This document shows positions 31,616-43,917 of a stretch of DNA of 64,000 nt, piece by piece. The DNA comes from Klebsormidium nitens. Its lineage: Eukaryota > Plantae > Klebsormidiophyceae. A program made the position numbers and the translations under genes. The notes under the pieces are model-generated. The model searched no databases, was not told where the DNA came from, and saw only the letters and a list, made by a program, of their open reading frames with translations. Numbering within the stretch: position 1 is the stretch's first letter; each line of letters starts with the position of its first letter. Where the stretch lies: NCBI GenBank assembly GCA_000708835.1, contig DF237254.1:41898-105897 (forward strand), given 5' to 3'.

Positions 31616-31997
31616 GCTGGTCCGGCCTGACCGATATAAGGGGATGGCATAAGCGGGGGCTTATGTATTTCAAGGTGGGCCATCCCAGTTGTACAGTTTT
31701 GTCCTGAATAGAGTTGCGGCATTAGGAGATTTTGTAAAATTGCATATGGGATAATATGTTGAGTTTCACTCGCGATCCGTGTTTAGCAGCAATCGCAGCC
31801 CGCAGCGCGCGCCATCGAGTTGTATCATACAGGTAGTTTTTGTACCAACGGCGATGTTTGTTACTTTCGAGTGTATCAAAGTAGCCGATTGTAGCGTGTA
31901 AAGCTTCGCTAGCGCGCAGGAGAAGAGCATACCACTTTGTAGTAGGGCGTGGACTTCCAAGAACAATAGGTGGAACAACAAACATTTTTCATAATAG

Positions 31998-32131
31998 ACG
32001 GCATCTTTTTGGCACCCCTTCTTTGACGAACCGCGATTACCCTCTGTCTTGATTGCAAAACATGTCGTTTGCGCTCATTGCAAGGGGTGATCCCGGTTGG
32101 TCAAAGAGGGGTTGCCAAAATGCTTTGCCGT
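31998..32131. other. Imperfect inverted repeat / long stem-loop (~134 nt)
   Basis: acggc/gccgt, ttttggcacccc/ggggttgccaaaa, tctttgac/gtcaaaga, aaccg/cggtt, gattaccc/gggtgatc and ttgcaa/ttgcaa pair in nested order. Confidence 0.75.
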
Positions 32132-33614
32132 TTGTTTGCATCACATTCGTTGTCGTCTTCTCTTCTCCTCTCGAATTCAGAGCTATGCAAGGTTGAAACG
32201 AGTCTAGACTTTAGTTACAAGAATGGATTGCCTAATACTCGGTTATTTCGGGCCTAGGACATTCCTATATTCTCAAACAGCATGATTAGAACGAGTTGTA
32301 TCGTAACTGCACGGATTTGTGGAATGGTCGGAACCGTTGGTTCACCATAGGTGTCAATTCTGCCACCTAGTCTAAACCTCATGCAGAACATCTATGCATG
32401 TGTCGGTTTTATAGATATGCTTTTGCGACCCGCTTAATAGATTGTCGTAGATATCTTAATAATTCGCATGCAAATCACATGTATTACTCTGACATGCAGC
32501 GCCAGCATTGTATAGATATCGGTAATTACTCTCGTGTGAGGCCTAAGATACGAGTTACCCGGGCACCTCCAACCAAAAACCGAACCCAGATACCTAATCA
32601 CCCGCTCCGCACCCCACCCCAGCCTAATCACCATGCCATCCCCACCCGTCCCCCGGGTGCACATCTTAGATCACGCGGCACTTAGGTGCCACGAGAGTAA
32701 TATATCGGAGTATTGTCTATAGTACCTCATGCACTAACACTTACCTACACACAAAACTTAGTAAACTTTCATGGCGAAACTTGATGTGTGAAAGGAGCTG
32801 GGCGTATACAACATATGCGCATTGGCATTATGAGTCTATCACAATGCACGCGGAGATACGTTAGTGACGGCAGCCTCTCTTCAAATATACGCGTAGTCGT
32901 ACGTGACCATGCCACTGAGAAACTTAAAAGTATGCAATCACTTGGACGGACGTGTCTTGTGTGCGCAGACATATGCGGGGACACAGTGGTGCACGTGACA
33001 TGGTGACGCAGTCGGGATACCTATCATTTGCAAGTCAAAATCTCGACTTGATTGACTCTTGCGGTTTAACGTACATCATCAAGCACAATTTATCATCATG
33101 TCATAAAGCGGATTGCAATCACGGCTCTTACGTGAGGTATTAGACTCAACGGTATTAGACTCGGTTCCCTCGACGTACGTACTGAAACAATCCATCCGAG
33201 GTACTTTTGAAATCATAACGCTTGAGATCAAACACCTTGTCAAAGAATGATACGTATATTCTTCTGCAGTTTGCGTGCGAGAGTTGGTAGTACTTACAAC
33301 TTCGTCCTACAGTGCTATCTAATTCATACCCTGCTTGATCAACTTCAATCAGAAATATTCAGGCAGTCGTATTGTGAACATGCTCAGCTTAAACCCTCAG
33401 CCTATTCCAACTGACTCCTCAACGCGGCCTCCACCCCGGTTGTTTGCCCCGGGCAGATTTGGCAGATTTTTAAAATTCTCCCCTCTGGTTCCCCTGGGCG
33501 CTTGTTTGTCCCCCGGCCGACGCTCCCTTTCTTCCCGGAGCGATCCCCCTCCTCCCCCAGGGGGAGAAAATCGTCGTTTTCATGCTATTTCTTCCTCTAA
33601 TTTTTACGATTTTA

Positions 33615-36600
33615 TCAAAGCTTGGTGTACCCCGACCGCCGCCCGGGGTTCTGCGTCACGCAGAACGCGAACACGAGGCACGCCCCGGCCACGACGCACG
33701 TCCCGAACACGATCAACAAGTCGATCATCTTCGCCTTGGGGCCCGGTTCGTAGCACGTGCTGTTCCCCCAGGGCCCGAAAATATTGGGTTTGTTAACCAA
33801 CTTGGGTTCCGGCCGGGTCGCTGCCCAGAAAAGCACCCAGGATTTGGTGGTTGTCGGGTCCATTTGGTAGGGTTGCAGGTTAACCAGCGTGCTCCAGGCG
33901 GCGGTCACGTTGATGATGGCCAGGTTCGAGTAGAGCGCGCTCGTCCACGTGTTGTTGACCTGCGCGCGCGCGGGTTTGGGGGTTTTTTACGGGACGAACG
34001 GCAGCGGTCTCGGCTTAGGAGTCGATAAGCAATCAGGAAGGCTGATCGCTCTTCTCATTATCTGGAGCAGATCATTCCTGGCATGGAGGACGTTCGGCGG
34101 TGCGCAGAGAAATGCGGTTGAGACTGCGAAGGCAGCAGGTCGGGCTCTTTGCCGTGCACACCTTTCTTGTATGAGCGCGACCGAGATGCGAGACGCAGAA
34201 TTCGACCGTATGTATCAGAGAGCCGTTCAGTGGACCTTTTGGGCTCAATTTGAGACATCGAGAAGCTCAGCAAACCCCAGATTTTGATTGTCCGGTTCCG
34301 AAACTCAGATTTGGACTTGATCGGAACGCCTAGTCACAGGTTTTGCAGTCCTGTGAGCAGATCCAAGCGAGTATGAGCCGCATCCTTTGGGTCGTGATTG
34401 GATGTGTCCGCCACCAAATCACCTTTTGAGTGTTGTTTCCTAGTACCTCCTTGCAATTGGTGCGCAAAAGTAGTCACAGGCCGAGCTTCGTCAAACGTTC
34501 GCCGTTTTGCGAACGAACTGGCAGGGCGCCCTTGGACTCTGTTTCACAGATGGGTCTTCGACTTATACTCGGCAACATGAAATGTCTCAGAAAAACCAGC
34601 GGGGGAGGGAATTTACAAAGGGCGCGTAAATCCAAAGTTCTTCAACAGAAACTAGAGGGGAGAAAAACTCACGAAGGGCGCGTAGTCCTGGAGGCGCATC
34701 GTCCACTCCTCGAGCACGAAGTCCGGGAACCGTACGATCTCCATGGGAAGGATCATCGGACGCATGTGCTGTCCGTGGATTGCCTCCGTCGAGTTGTCCG
34801 CATACGTGGCGTACGTCACCTGAAAAGCAGGCGTGATGACGTCAGCGAAAGCGAGATGCCAACCGATTTACGTCAGGGCAGGTTGGAAGCAGACCGTCCA
34901 GACGGTTAGCGCCAGAGCGGGGAGAGTTGACGTGGGGATTACGTCATTGGCTTTCCTCCACTTGCAAGTGATGTGACATCCAATCCGGCTCCGCGTTGAA
35001 AAAAGATCAACTTCGTGTGACGCGGCCAAACGGTCACTTGATGATTTGACATGGAAACAAGGGAAAAGGCTTAAAAATCTGGTGAAGAAACTTCTTCGAA
35101 ACAGTGAGAATCTGGTGAAGATTCTCGAGCCACGCGAGGCACGCTCCAAAAGAATCAGTGCCCATCAAGGGTGGTCTTCGGCAGAGTCTTCCTGACTGTG
35201 ACAGGTCTCAAAAGTCACCGGAAAAAGTTCCAACCTGCCGCAAAGCGGGCTGTCGACGCCGTTACCATCGGGACAGGTCGTCAACGAGGGAAAGAAATAG
35301 GCCAATACTTACATTCGGTCCATCCTGCACTCTCACCAACCCAGAACCAAAAGCCCACAAACTCGTTAAATTATGAAAACACAGCCCCGGCATTCGCCGG
35401 CATCTATCACTGGGCAACAGAACATAGACAAGTATCGGTTCTTTGCTGGGAACCCAATTTGCCCCTTCAAGGTACACCCAAATAAACAGAGAATCCAGCT
35501 TCCACCGGCCCCTATCACCGGGCAAAAACCGAACAGTTCGGCTCTGACCTGTCCCTCGGTGGCAATCCCCGCCACCTTGTTATCGCGGTACTTGTAGGGG
35601 CACGCGTTCTGGGCCTTGTTGATAAGGAAGTAGCGCCGCGCGGTGCGCCGCGAGACCGCGAAGAGCGCCATGCCCAGGTTCTGGATGTTCTGCTTGCTGG
35701 AGGCGAGCCCGTACAGCCGCACCGCGTGCGCGAAGTTGATCTCCTCCGCAACCTGTGCAGGGTTCAAGAGGTTTAAGGCTTGAACATCTGAGATTAAGGG
35801 CTTGGCACTGAGGATTCTTATTCTGAGTGCTGAAACAGTACGTACAGCCGCACCGCGTGCGCGAAGTTGATCTCCTCGGCGACCTGCGCAGGGTTTAGCG
35901 GAGTTTAGGCGTGGTCAAATATAAGTTCAAGGGGTTCAATCATTGGGTTTATCGGTTGAGCAGACAATCGTTTTGCTGGCCACTGATCTGAACAGTTCCA
36001 TAACATACGCGAAATTGATCTCTTCTGCCACCTGTGCAACAAGCTCGCTTGGTAGAGCTGACTAAATATCCATCAGATAGCTGTGGCTGCTTTTCTGTAC
36101 TCCAAGCAAGAGCAACTTTCTCCGCTCAGCCATTCCGTACTCCTCATGCTCATACTTTCTTCCCCGCTGACGTCACATTACGACTCACCGAAAGCACGTC
36201 CCGCCCGTTTGCTGACGTGTCCACGAGGCCCTTCCCCCAGTTGTGCCCGTGGAACCAGTCAAAGCTGCGGAACGTCGGGTAATACGTGTCGAGCGCCGAT
36301 GGGTTGGCCACATCGCGTATGAGCTCCTCAATGAAAGCGCCGTTGGTCGTTCCCCACGTGCTGGAGTAATAGCGCAGAACCGCGGCCGCGTAAATGAACG
36401 GGCCGTAGTTGTAGTGGTGGTAGTTGTAGTACGTGTTGCCGTTGTCGGTCAGGTTACCCTGCAAAAGAAGGGTCAAGGAGGTGCGTTAGAAAGACGAAGC
36501 CCGCGTATACACGGGCACGTAGTTGTTGCCGTTGCCGGTCAGGTTGCCCTCAGAGATTGGGTTAAGACGAAATTGGGGTAAGGAGTTTGCCCTGGCAACC

Positions 36601-39600
36601 TCAAATGGCGGGTCGGAAAGGTGGCGTAACGATGCAGTAGTTTTAACACGTGGCCGAAACGGGAGGTCAAAAACGATTATTTTCTTTTGGCAACCAAGTG
36701 AATGCTGACGTTCTGCTGGATGTCGTCTACTTGGCAAATATAAGGACTTCAAAAGTTTGAGACTGTTAAGCTAAGGCCCAAGCTTCTCCGGATCAACGAA
36801 ATTGGCCCTTCCTCCTCTTCCTTTTCTGGCTGCACATGCTACGGTGAGTCTTGGCCGCACCTGACCCAGCTCTTTCCATCCTTCACGATTCAGTTTCTTT
36901 CACCAAACATTTTCCCATAGCACAATCTACAAGGCATGCTAATGTTCGGCGACCGCGCGGCTCACGGTGTTGCCCTTGATGTCGCTGGACGAGACGAGGC
37001 CCCCCCAGGTGGCGTCGTAGTTGAGAGGCGTCAGCTGCTTGTTCTTCACGAAGTTGGCCATCGCTGACGTCAGCTTCGTGATGCAGTCCTTGTTGCTGAC
37101 GCCCACCACGTCCGCGGCCTGCGTGCAGAACGTCAGCGGAGGTTTAGACCGGGTTTGAGTTCGCGGGGTTTCAAGGGTGGTCCAGCTGGAGGTTGCTAGC
37201 GTGCTGTGAGAACCAGAAGGGATGAGACTAGCCATAATTACGAGGCTGTTTGTATATGTCAAGGAAACATTTTTCGTGGGCAATATGAAACACAGCAACC
37301 AAGAAAGGTGAGAACAGGTGCGCGACGAGTCTCCTCCTCTGATTGTTTTTGAGTACATTCATAAAGATCCTGGTATCCGGCAAAAGTCGGAGCAGGAGCT
37401 GCTCCTGCTCTGTCAGGAGAAGGGCAAAAAGCAGTAGAAACCGAGTGTGGGGGATGAGAGACGGCTATAGTGTACCTGGCAGAGCATCGCGTATTTCTGG
37501 AGCTGCCGCCCGAGCTCGTAGTTGGACGACTGATTGCCGGTCGTCGCCGAGAAGTCGAGCGCCAAATCGTCGATCAGAGCGGCCACCACGCCGTCGTACT
37601 GCGTGGGTTAAAGTTAACCCGTTCAAACCAGATTCTCATTTTCAAAGAAGTCAGCGGAAAAGGAAAGTTCGTGAGACAATCTTTGGAAAAAAATCTTTTA
37701 AAAAATCTTCCGGGGAACTTCGATCGCCTATTTCCAGTCTGCCCATTCTGGAAAATTCCACAGAGGCATTGAAGCATGAGAGCAGAGGATTGATGTTTGA
37801 GCATGTCATAGACACACTAGACGCACACTTTCGCCGAAAGATTCCTGGGTTAAGAGTTAAACCTACCTTGTCGGTTTGCATGGCGTTGGGCGGAGTCCAC
37901 GTAATGGTCCCCGTGTCCCCCTCGCGCAAGATCCACCGATCGCCCTCGAACGCTTGCATCATGCCCTGCCACAACAAAACGAGTTTTAGAAAAGGGTCTG
38001 AAACTTGTCACGGGTTGGAATGCTTTGAGGTTGGCCGTACCGCGCAGTACGTCTAATTTAGTGTATCAGTCATTCCGGAACGTGCCACAGTCGGGATGCA
38101 GTCGACTCGGCCAGATTGCGCAATTCCACCTAGAAAGCTTCTAACTCGAAATATGACAAAGTTCGCACTGATTCCTGCCAAGAGTTTTGATTGGTCGTAG
38201 CTTCAACGCTAGCAAAAAGTGGAGCGCGTCAGGACGGTCAAACAAGTTGAAGCCAGAGATCCTGGCTCTGAACGGGTCCCACGAAATTCGACTAAGCGGC
38301 TTAGCCTCACCTTGGTCGCGCCCCTCATGGCGAGATTAGTGAAGCGGAATCGTAGCTTCAACATTAACGAAAAGCGAAACGAGTCTAAACGGTCTAACAA
38401 GTTCAAGCCAGAGAGCCTGGTTCGGAACGGGTCCCATAAAATCCGGTTAAGCAGCTTAACCTCACCTTGGTCGGGCTCATCATGGCGAGGTTAGTGAGGC
38501 GGAAACTCGAGGTCGTGGCGTTAACGATGGTGTCCTGGTGGTGCGGGAAGCCAAAGTGCAGCATGGGAATGGTCACATTGGCGACCGTACCGTTGGCGAA
38601 CTTGAATGTCTGACTGTTGGTCGCGCCCGCGCCCTCGGCCTGGAAGCAACAATTTTGGGGTTTGAAATTCAGGATTCAGCGGTTAAGGATGTTGGGTCAG
38701 GGTTTTGGTGTTGGCCGCGTCCGCGCCCTCCGCCTGGAAGCAACAGTTTCAGGTTAAGGGTTCTGGGTTTGGGATCTAGGGTCGACGTTTCCGGGTTTGG
38801 TTTCGCGGTTTCCAGGGTCAGGGCTCAGGAGTCGGGGTTCAGTTATTGGAACGTAAGAGTTGGGTTTTCATTTCGGAAGTTCGATGATGAGCCCTCTGGT
38901 GAGAACCGTGCGAGGGGGCTGTAAATGCAAGAGAATATGCGGAAGGCCATTAAAATGCCCTGTAGAGAGGCGCTGCTAGCAGTAAGGTGACAGGGTTGAC
39001 TCTTGGGTCAGCACCCGGAGTACGCGCATCGAGCTCCAGGAAAACCCTTAGAGCGCAAGATTAAGCTACATAGGAAGGAAACCTTGTGGACTTATGAAGG
39101 AATCAAACAGTATGGAGTCTGGAGTAAGTAGATCGCCGTGTCCTTGCAGACCGCACTTTTCTTCGCTTTCACCTACCGCTCTACCTATCAAGCGTGTCGA
39201 TTCCATCGGTCAGCATAGAATTGCAATCGCACATCTTTTGCACTCAAAACGCAAACCTCTGATTATTGGAAAGACCGAAACTAGATTGTCGGCTCACCGC
39301 CACGTTCCACTTGAAGTAAATGTACGCGCCCGCGAGGCCCGTGCCGAGGACGGTCACGTTGAGCTGCCCGCCAATGGGGTAGCGCCACCTGTGCGAGTCG
39401 TACAGTGACGTCACGTAGCTCGTGTTGGACTTGCGGTAGATCTCGTTGAAGCAGAACTGCGTGTTCTTGTTGTTGGGGATCTTCGCCAGGCGGAGCGTGC
39501 CGGTGACGGGGCCTGAAAGGAGGGGTTAGCTTATGGGTTAGCTGAGGGTTACAGGGGATTAAGACGCGGGTTTACAACGCTCCCAGCGGTGGTTTGAACG

Positions 39601-42600
39601 GTGGGTTTGCTGAAAAGTGTTCTTGTTGTTCGGGATCTTGGCCAGGCGGAGCGTGCCGGTGATCGGGCCTGAAAGGAGGGGTTAGTTCGCAGGTTAGCTG
39701 GGGTTACAGGGGATGTAGATGTGGGTTAGCAACGCTCTCACAGGTGGTCTGAACGGTGGGTTTGCTGAGAAGTGCGTATTGAGATCCTGCTTAGGCGCGG
39801 CGTGCCGTCAACGGCCTCCCATTGGATGGGTTTTCAACGATGCCTATGAGGAGACCAGAAGTGAGATTGCATCAATCTTTGATTGCTCAAGCTTCGGAAA
39901 TAGCTGATATCATTGAGATTAGTGTGGACGAACGTTTCAGTATTTAGAGTGGCAGCCTGCCTAACGCGACCAATAGCCCGATGAGCAGCCGTCCCATAAT
40001 TGAGATGAACAATTTCCAAACAGAACGAGCGGCGAAACTGAGCGGAACGCACTGAAAGACAACTGAAGCTCATCAGTAAAGAATCAATATAACAGTCGTA
40101 GCGGCGTGACAAACTCCTGCTCTACAAACTGCTAGTCCCCACTCACTCTCCGCTGTCAGGTTTTGTCAGAGTTTCATGGCTCACCCGATGCTCTGAGCTC
40201 CTTGCCGCTATTGGACAGGGTCAGGGACGCGCTGAGGGAGTACAGCAGCCACGTGTCGCCGTTTGAGAGGGTGATCGTGAACCTGCGTCAAAAACGCACC
40301 GCTCAGTATAACGCACCAGTGGCGGGGTCACAAAATTCAAAAAAAAAGTGCTTCCGGCTCAGCTCATTCTAGCTTTCGGCTGTGGCGTAATGAGCTCGTA
40401 CTGAAGTCACAAGCACCAGCACTCCGAAACGACGGTCTTATCAGCGTCAGACCGCTTTAAGGAAGATTCGTAAGCGCTTCCTTCAATCCCCCTTCTATCG
40501 CGGTTCGGCCGTTCCCTCCGTAATATATAATCCCTCAGAAAGAGTCAACGAGACACTTCGCAAACGGCTGGCGCGTACGAAAATCCGCTCCAGAGTTGCA
40601 CAGAAGAAACGCACAACCTTTCGGCATGCCCAAAGCGGCACAGAACAAAAAGCTGTGCGGAACACCCAAAAGCGAAGTTTCTCAGGACCCGCCTTTTGAA
40701 ATGAATCGTAGATGAGCCTCTCACTTTTTGCCCTCATCGCCCACAGCCGTCGATGCCGCCACGCCCGTGATGCTGTGCGCCGTGTAGATGACAGGTGTCA
40801 GCCCCGCGTAGTTGGCCGTGACGTAAGCCATGCCCTTGACGAGGGGGAACGTCAGCGAGGAGGTGCCCCCCGAGGCCTTGTAGACGAGTGTGGCCGAAAA
40901 CTCGTCGAAGGCCGTCACGGTGTAACCCAGCCCGGTCTCGGCCGAAGAGAAACCCATGTCGGCCTGCTTCGCGGTCGTGTAGCTCTGCAGGGGGGAATGG
41001 TGACGTCAGCGGGTTGTGACGTGTACGAAGTCTGAGAAGGGAGAGAAAGTGTGTGGAAGGAGCTGAAGTCCCTTCCAATCTAAGATGGAAGCCAACGGCC
41101 TTCGAAGGATCGGCACTGAATGAGCCCTGCTCCGCTTGCTCTGCGTTTGAAATCGTGAACGCTGAGAGGAGGAGTCTTCATCTGTTGCCTTTTGATCTGC
41201 CAGAGCTGAGCTCGAACCCTGCGTCAGCAGCTGTCCCAATGTGCTCATATATTGCCACGTAGAACTCTGTTGTGATTCTTTGCACAAGCTTCGATGGCGT
41301 CCTTTTGTATTAGCCTGTTCGTCAGCTCTGCGGAGTGTTTCCTTGCTGGAGTGCTTTGCTGACGTAGCAAAGAAGGAAGCTTTTCTGTCCACATTGTGAT
41401 CTGCAATCCTTCAAAGAAGCTATGAGTGCGATGTAGACCTTGCGCTTTTCTTATCTACGGTGAGTACGACAACACTTCTTTCACCGAATAGAACTGTTCG
41501 GTAAGTCGCATCCGCTGGCGACCATCACTTCTCCGTCTTCTTTGAACCTCCCAAGACTTCTGCCTCTCACAATTTTGATTCAATGTTCAAAGACGAGGCT
41601 GTTCCTATGTTCCTGCACCGATCATCTCACGAGCAGATTCTCGTTCGCAAACCAAGGCTTTAGCAGGACGCCAGACTTGTTCGTTTGTCCAGCTGCCATT
41701 TGTTTTCTTTCAGATGACAGCTGTAGATTTGTACTGCTCGACAGCTGTACAAATCCGAAGCGCTACCCCTTCAAATTTGCTTGATGTGATATGCTTGCAG
41801 CTCGACAACCTGCTCACTGAGTTTCTTTTGGACCTCTGTTTCAGCTTTTTCTCCTCGTTGATTCCATTTTAGTTGCCTGACGACTCATGTTCTGCTCACA
41901 AGAGAATCAGAAGCAACGTCGGCTTGGATAGCAACTGGCGTAATCCATGATAGCAGGAGGTTCTTTCATTGGAGGACTTTGTCCCAGGATCCAGCAAGGT
42001 TTGCATCCGAGCAGATGGCTAAATTTGTTTTTGTGGAATTCGAGCTTTCCAAAAGGGGAACCAAAAGGCCACCTTAGATTGCTCACCATAGCCCTGTCGC
42101 TGGCTGCCTTTGCAGTGAACATGTTGACCGTGGGCTCATCCGCATGACTGATGCTCAGCCCAAAAGGCGCCACAGTGTTGGGCTGCAAATGGAAGAGTCT
42201 CATGTAAGTTGGTTTATCTAGTGGTAAACAAAATCCTCTCAAGTTCTTAGTTGTCTTCCATAGCATCAACCCATGTTTGACATCAACTCTGCTCTGTGGC
42301 TCCTCAACTCGTGTCTTCTAGCGCTGCGTGCCCTTTGCGCTGCAGACCTGTTGTGATCCACTTGAGACCTGAAGTGATGGTCATCTACCCTCACAAATTG
42401 CAATGCTGATGCACTTAGCTTTTGGGTACGAATCTTCTGGAATTAGCAGCATTTTGGACCGCCCCGCCAGAATGGTCAATTGCTGTATCTTCAATAAACA
42501 GATCTCCAACCTTGCATCAGCAGAGCTTTATCTTTCTCAGCACCTTCTTTCCACCATGCACGAGTATACAAGAGAACACGCCTTCAGGCCCCACCAGATC

Positions 42601-43037
42601 TCATCTTCATAAACTGCCCACTTCAAGGATTTGCCTGTCAATGAGCAGAAGCTTATGAGACTTACCCAGACCACATATGGATTCACATACACGTTCCCCG
42701 TTCCCGACCCAAACACCAGGCTCGTCCAGAATTCATTTGTGGGGATGGGCTTCTTCAACAGCGCGGCATCCAGGTTCTTTGGCGTGACGGGATGCGTCAC
42801 CGATGTGAAAAGCGTATTGGGCTTGGACGTTGAGATTGGGTCCGTGGGGTTTGTGCTCAGAGACGTTGTGCTTGCGGTTGTGGGGGCAGTCGTGGTTGTC
42901 CCCCCCGAAGTACTGGGGGTGGTTGACCCCCCCCCAATGATGAACGGGTTCGTGGTCGCCGCATTGGACACCCTGGTCAGAGTCGGGCTCAGCACGCAGA
43001 GGGCGACCAAAACGAAGGCTCTGTTAGTGGGCGCCAT
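33615..43037 (-). CDS. Glycoside hydrolase family 81 (endo-beta-1,3-glucanase-like) protein, 851 aa, with signal peptide, Thr/Ser linker and C-terminal TM helix
   Basis: 13 exons (43037-42666, 42182-42087, 40984-40725, 40282-40185, 39512-39298, 38639-38466, 37965-37867, 37598-37476, 37118-36966, 36458-36189, 35752-35549, 34819-34673, 33959-33615) total 2556 nt with no internal stop. GH81 motifs PIPTNEFW, PLVKGMAYVT, GDTWLLYS, FPHH, YDATWGG, HHYNYGPFIYAAAVL, LIRDVANP, FRSFDWFHGHNW, EAIHG, KSWVLFWAATR. Confidence 0.9.
38650..38870 (-). repeat. Degenerate GGGTTT/AAACCC tract in a GH81 intron
   Basis: Repeated gggttt/ggttaagg/gggtc units on the + strand, i.e. AAACCC-rich on the gene strand upstream of the acceptor at 38640. 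Confidence 0.75.
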
Positions 43038-43917
43038 TAGTGCTCTGGTACCCCCCCTCTCTTCAGATTGCCCACTAAGCGGTGCGCTTTGCATGCACCC
43101 CTTTCCCCGCGTGTATCCTCATTCCGCAATGCTGTCTGATTTTCCTCGTCTCTGTCAAAGGATCCGGTCAGCCACCTTCCAGCGACACCTTTCAGGAGCA
43201 ATGCTGTTGATCTTCCTAAGTCGAGGCTTCTTTCCTGCGATATTTTCAAAACCTAGCGAACATTTGCCTGTCTTCCTGTCCAATGCCGTTCTTTCCCCTC
43301 TACCAAAGACTGTGTTTTGACCGACTAGCCCGTGCATGGCAGGCCGGTTGCACTGTCTTCCAACTTTAGAGACGTTGGAAACAGTGGACAGGCTGGCGAA
43401 GTGCATCTGGTGTCTGGCGCAAGACTCATGTCGTTGCAATGCTGAGATTCAGAAGCTGCTGAGCAGCGCCTCCGGCTGATGGATTCTCAGAATCATTCCG
43501 TCATCGATGCACAGGACCGCGGAAAATGCATACGGTATGTCAGAGCAGACTGTCGCATGCATTGACATTCGGCCGGTTTGCAGTTTAAACGAGTTCCTAG
43601 TGAGTGCAGATACCGTACATGCGGGTGGCCTCTTGTTATGCGCGCGTGGAAAATTGGAATCTACGAATTGGCCGTCCACGATCTTCAGCTACTACGAATC
43701 GACGGCGTAGGTTCACGCGGCACTGTCAGCGCGCCCGTGCACGAGCCGGCCGCGAGCTTACTGCGCAGGCTCACGAGTTAGCTGTCTCTTAAGTTTGCGG
43801 CTGGCTCTTGAACTTGAAGTTGTGAAGCAGGCATTGCCATTCAATGCCGTTGCCATCTGCGATGCTTGGCGCCAGGCTTGACAAAGCGGGCAAAGCCGCC
43901 TTTCATCGGTGGTCAAC

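Noticed and set aside
32677-32690. Small hairpin ggcac-ttag-gtgcc suggestive of a Helitron 3' end; TAG(G)TGTCAA seen at ~11396, ~32347 and ~63350 (reverse)
   Set aside because: No CTRR terminus, TIR pair or target-site duplication. The matches are short enough to be chance.
29211-43037. Recent bacterial HGT or contamination for the lysozyme and GH81 genes
   Set aside because: Both have multiple spliceosomal introns and host-like intron features, so any transfer would be ancient.
33615-43037. GH81 as a pseudogene
   Set aside because: All 13 exons are in frame without stops, and non-catalytic motifs and codon bias are retained.
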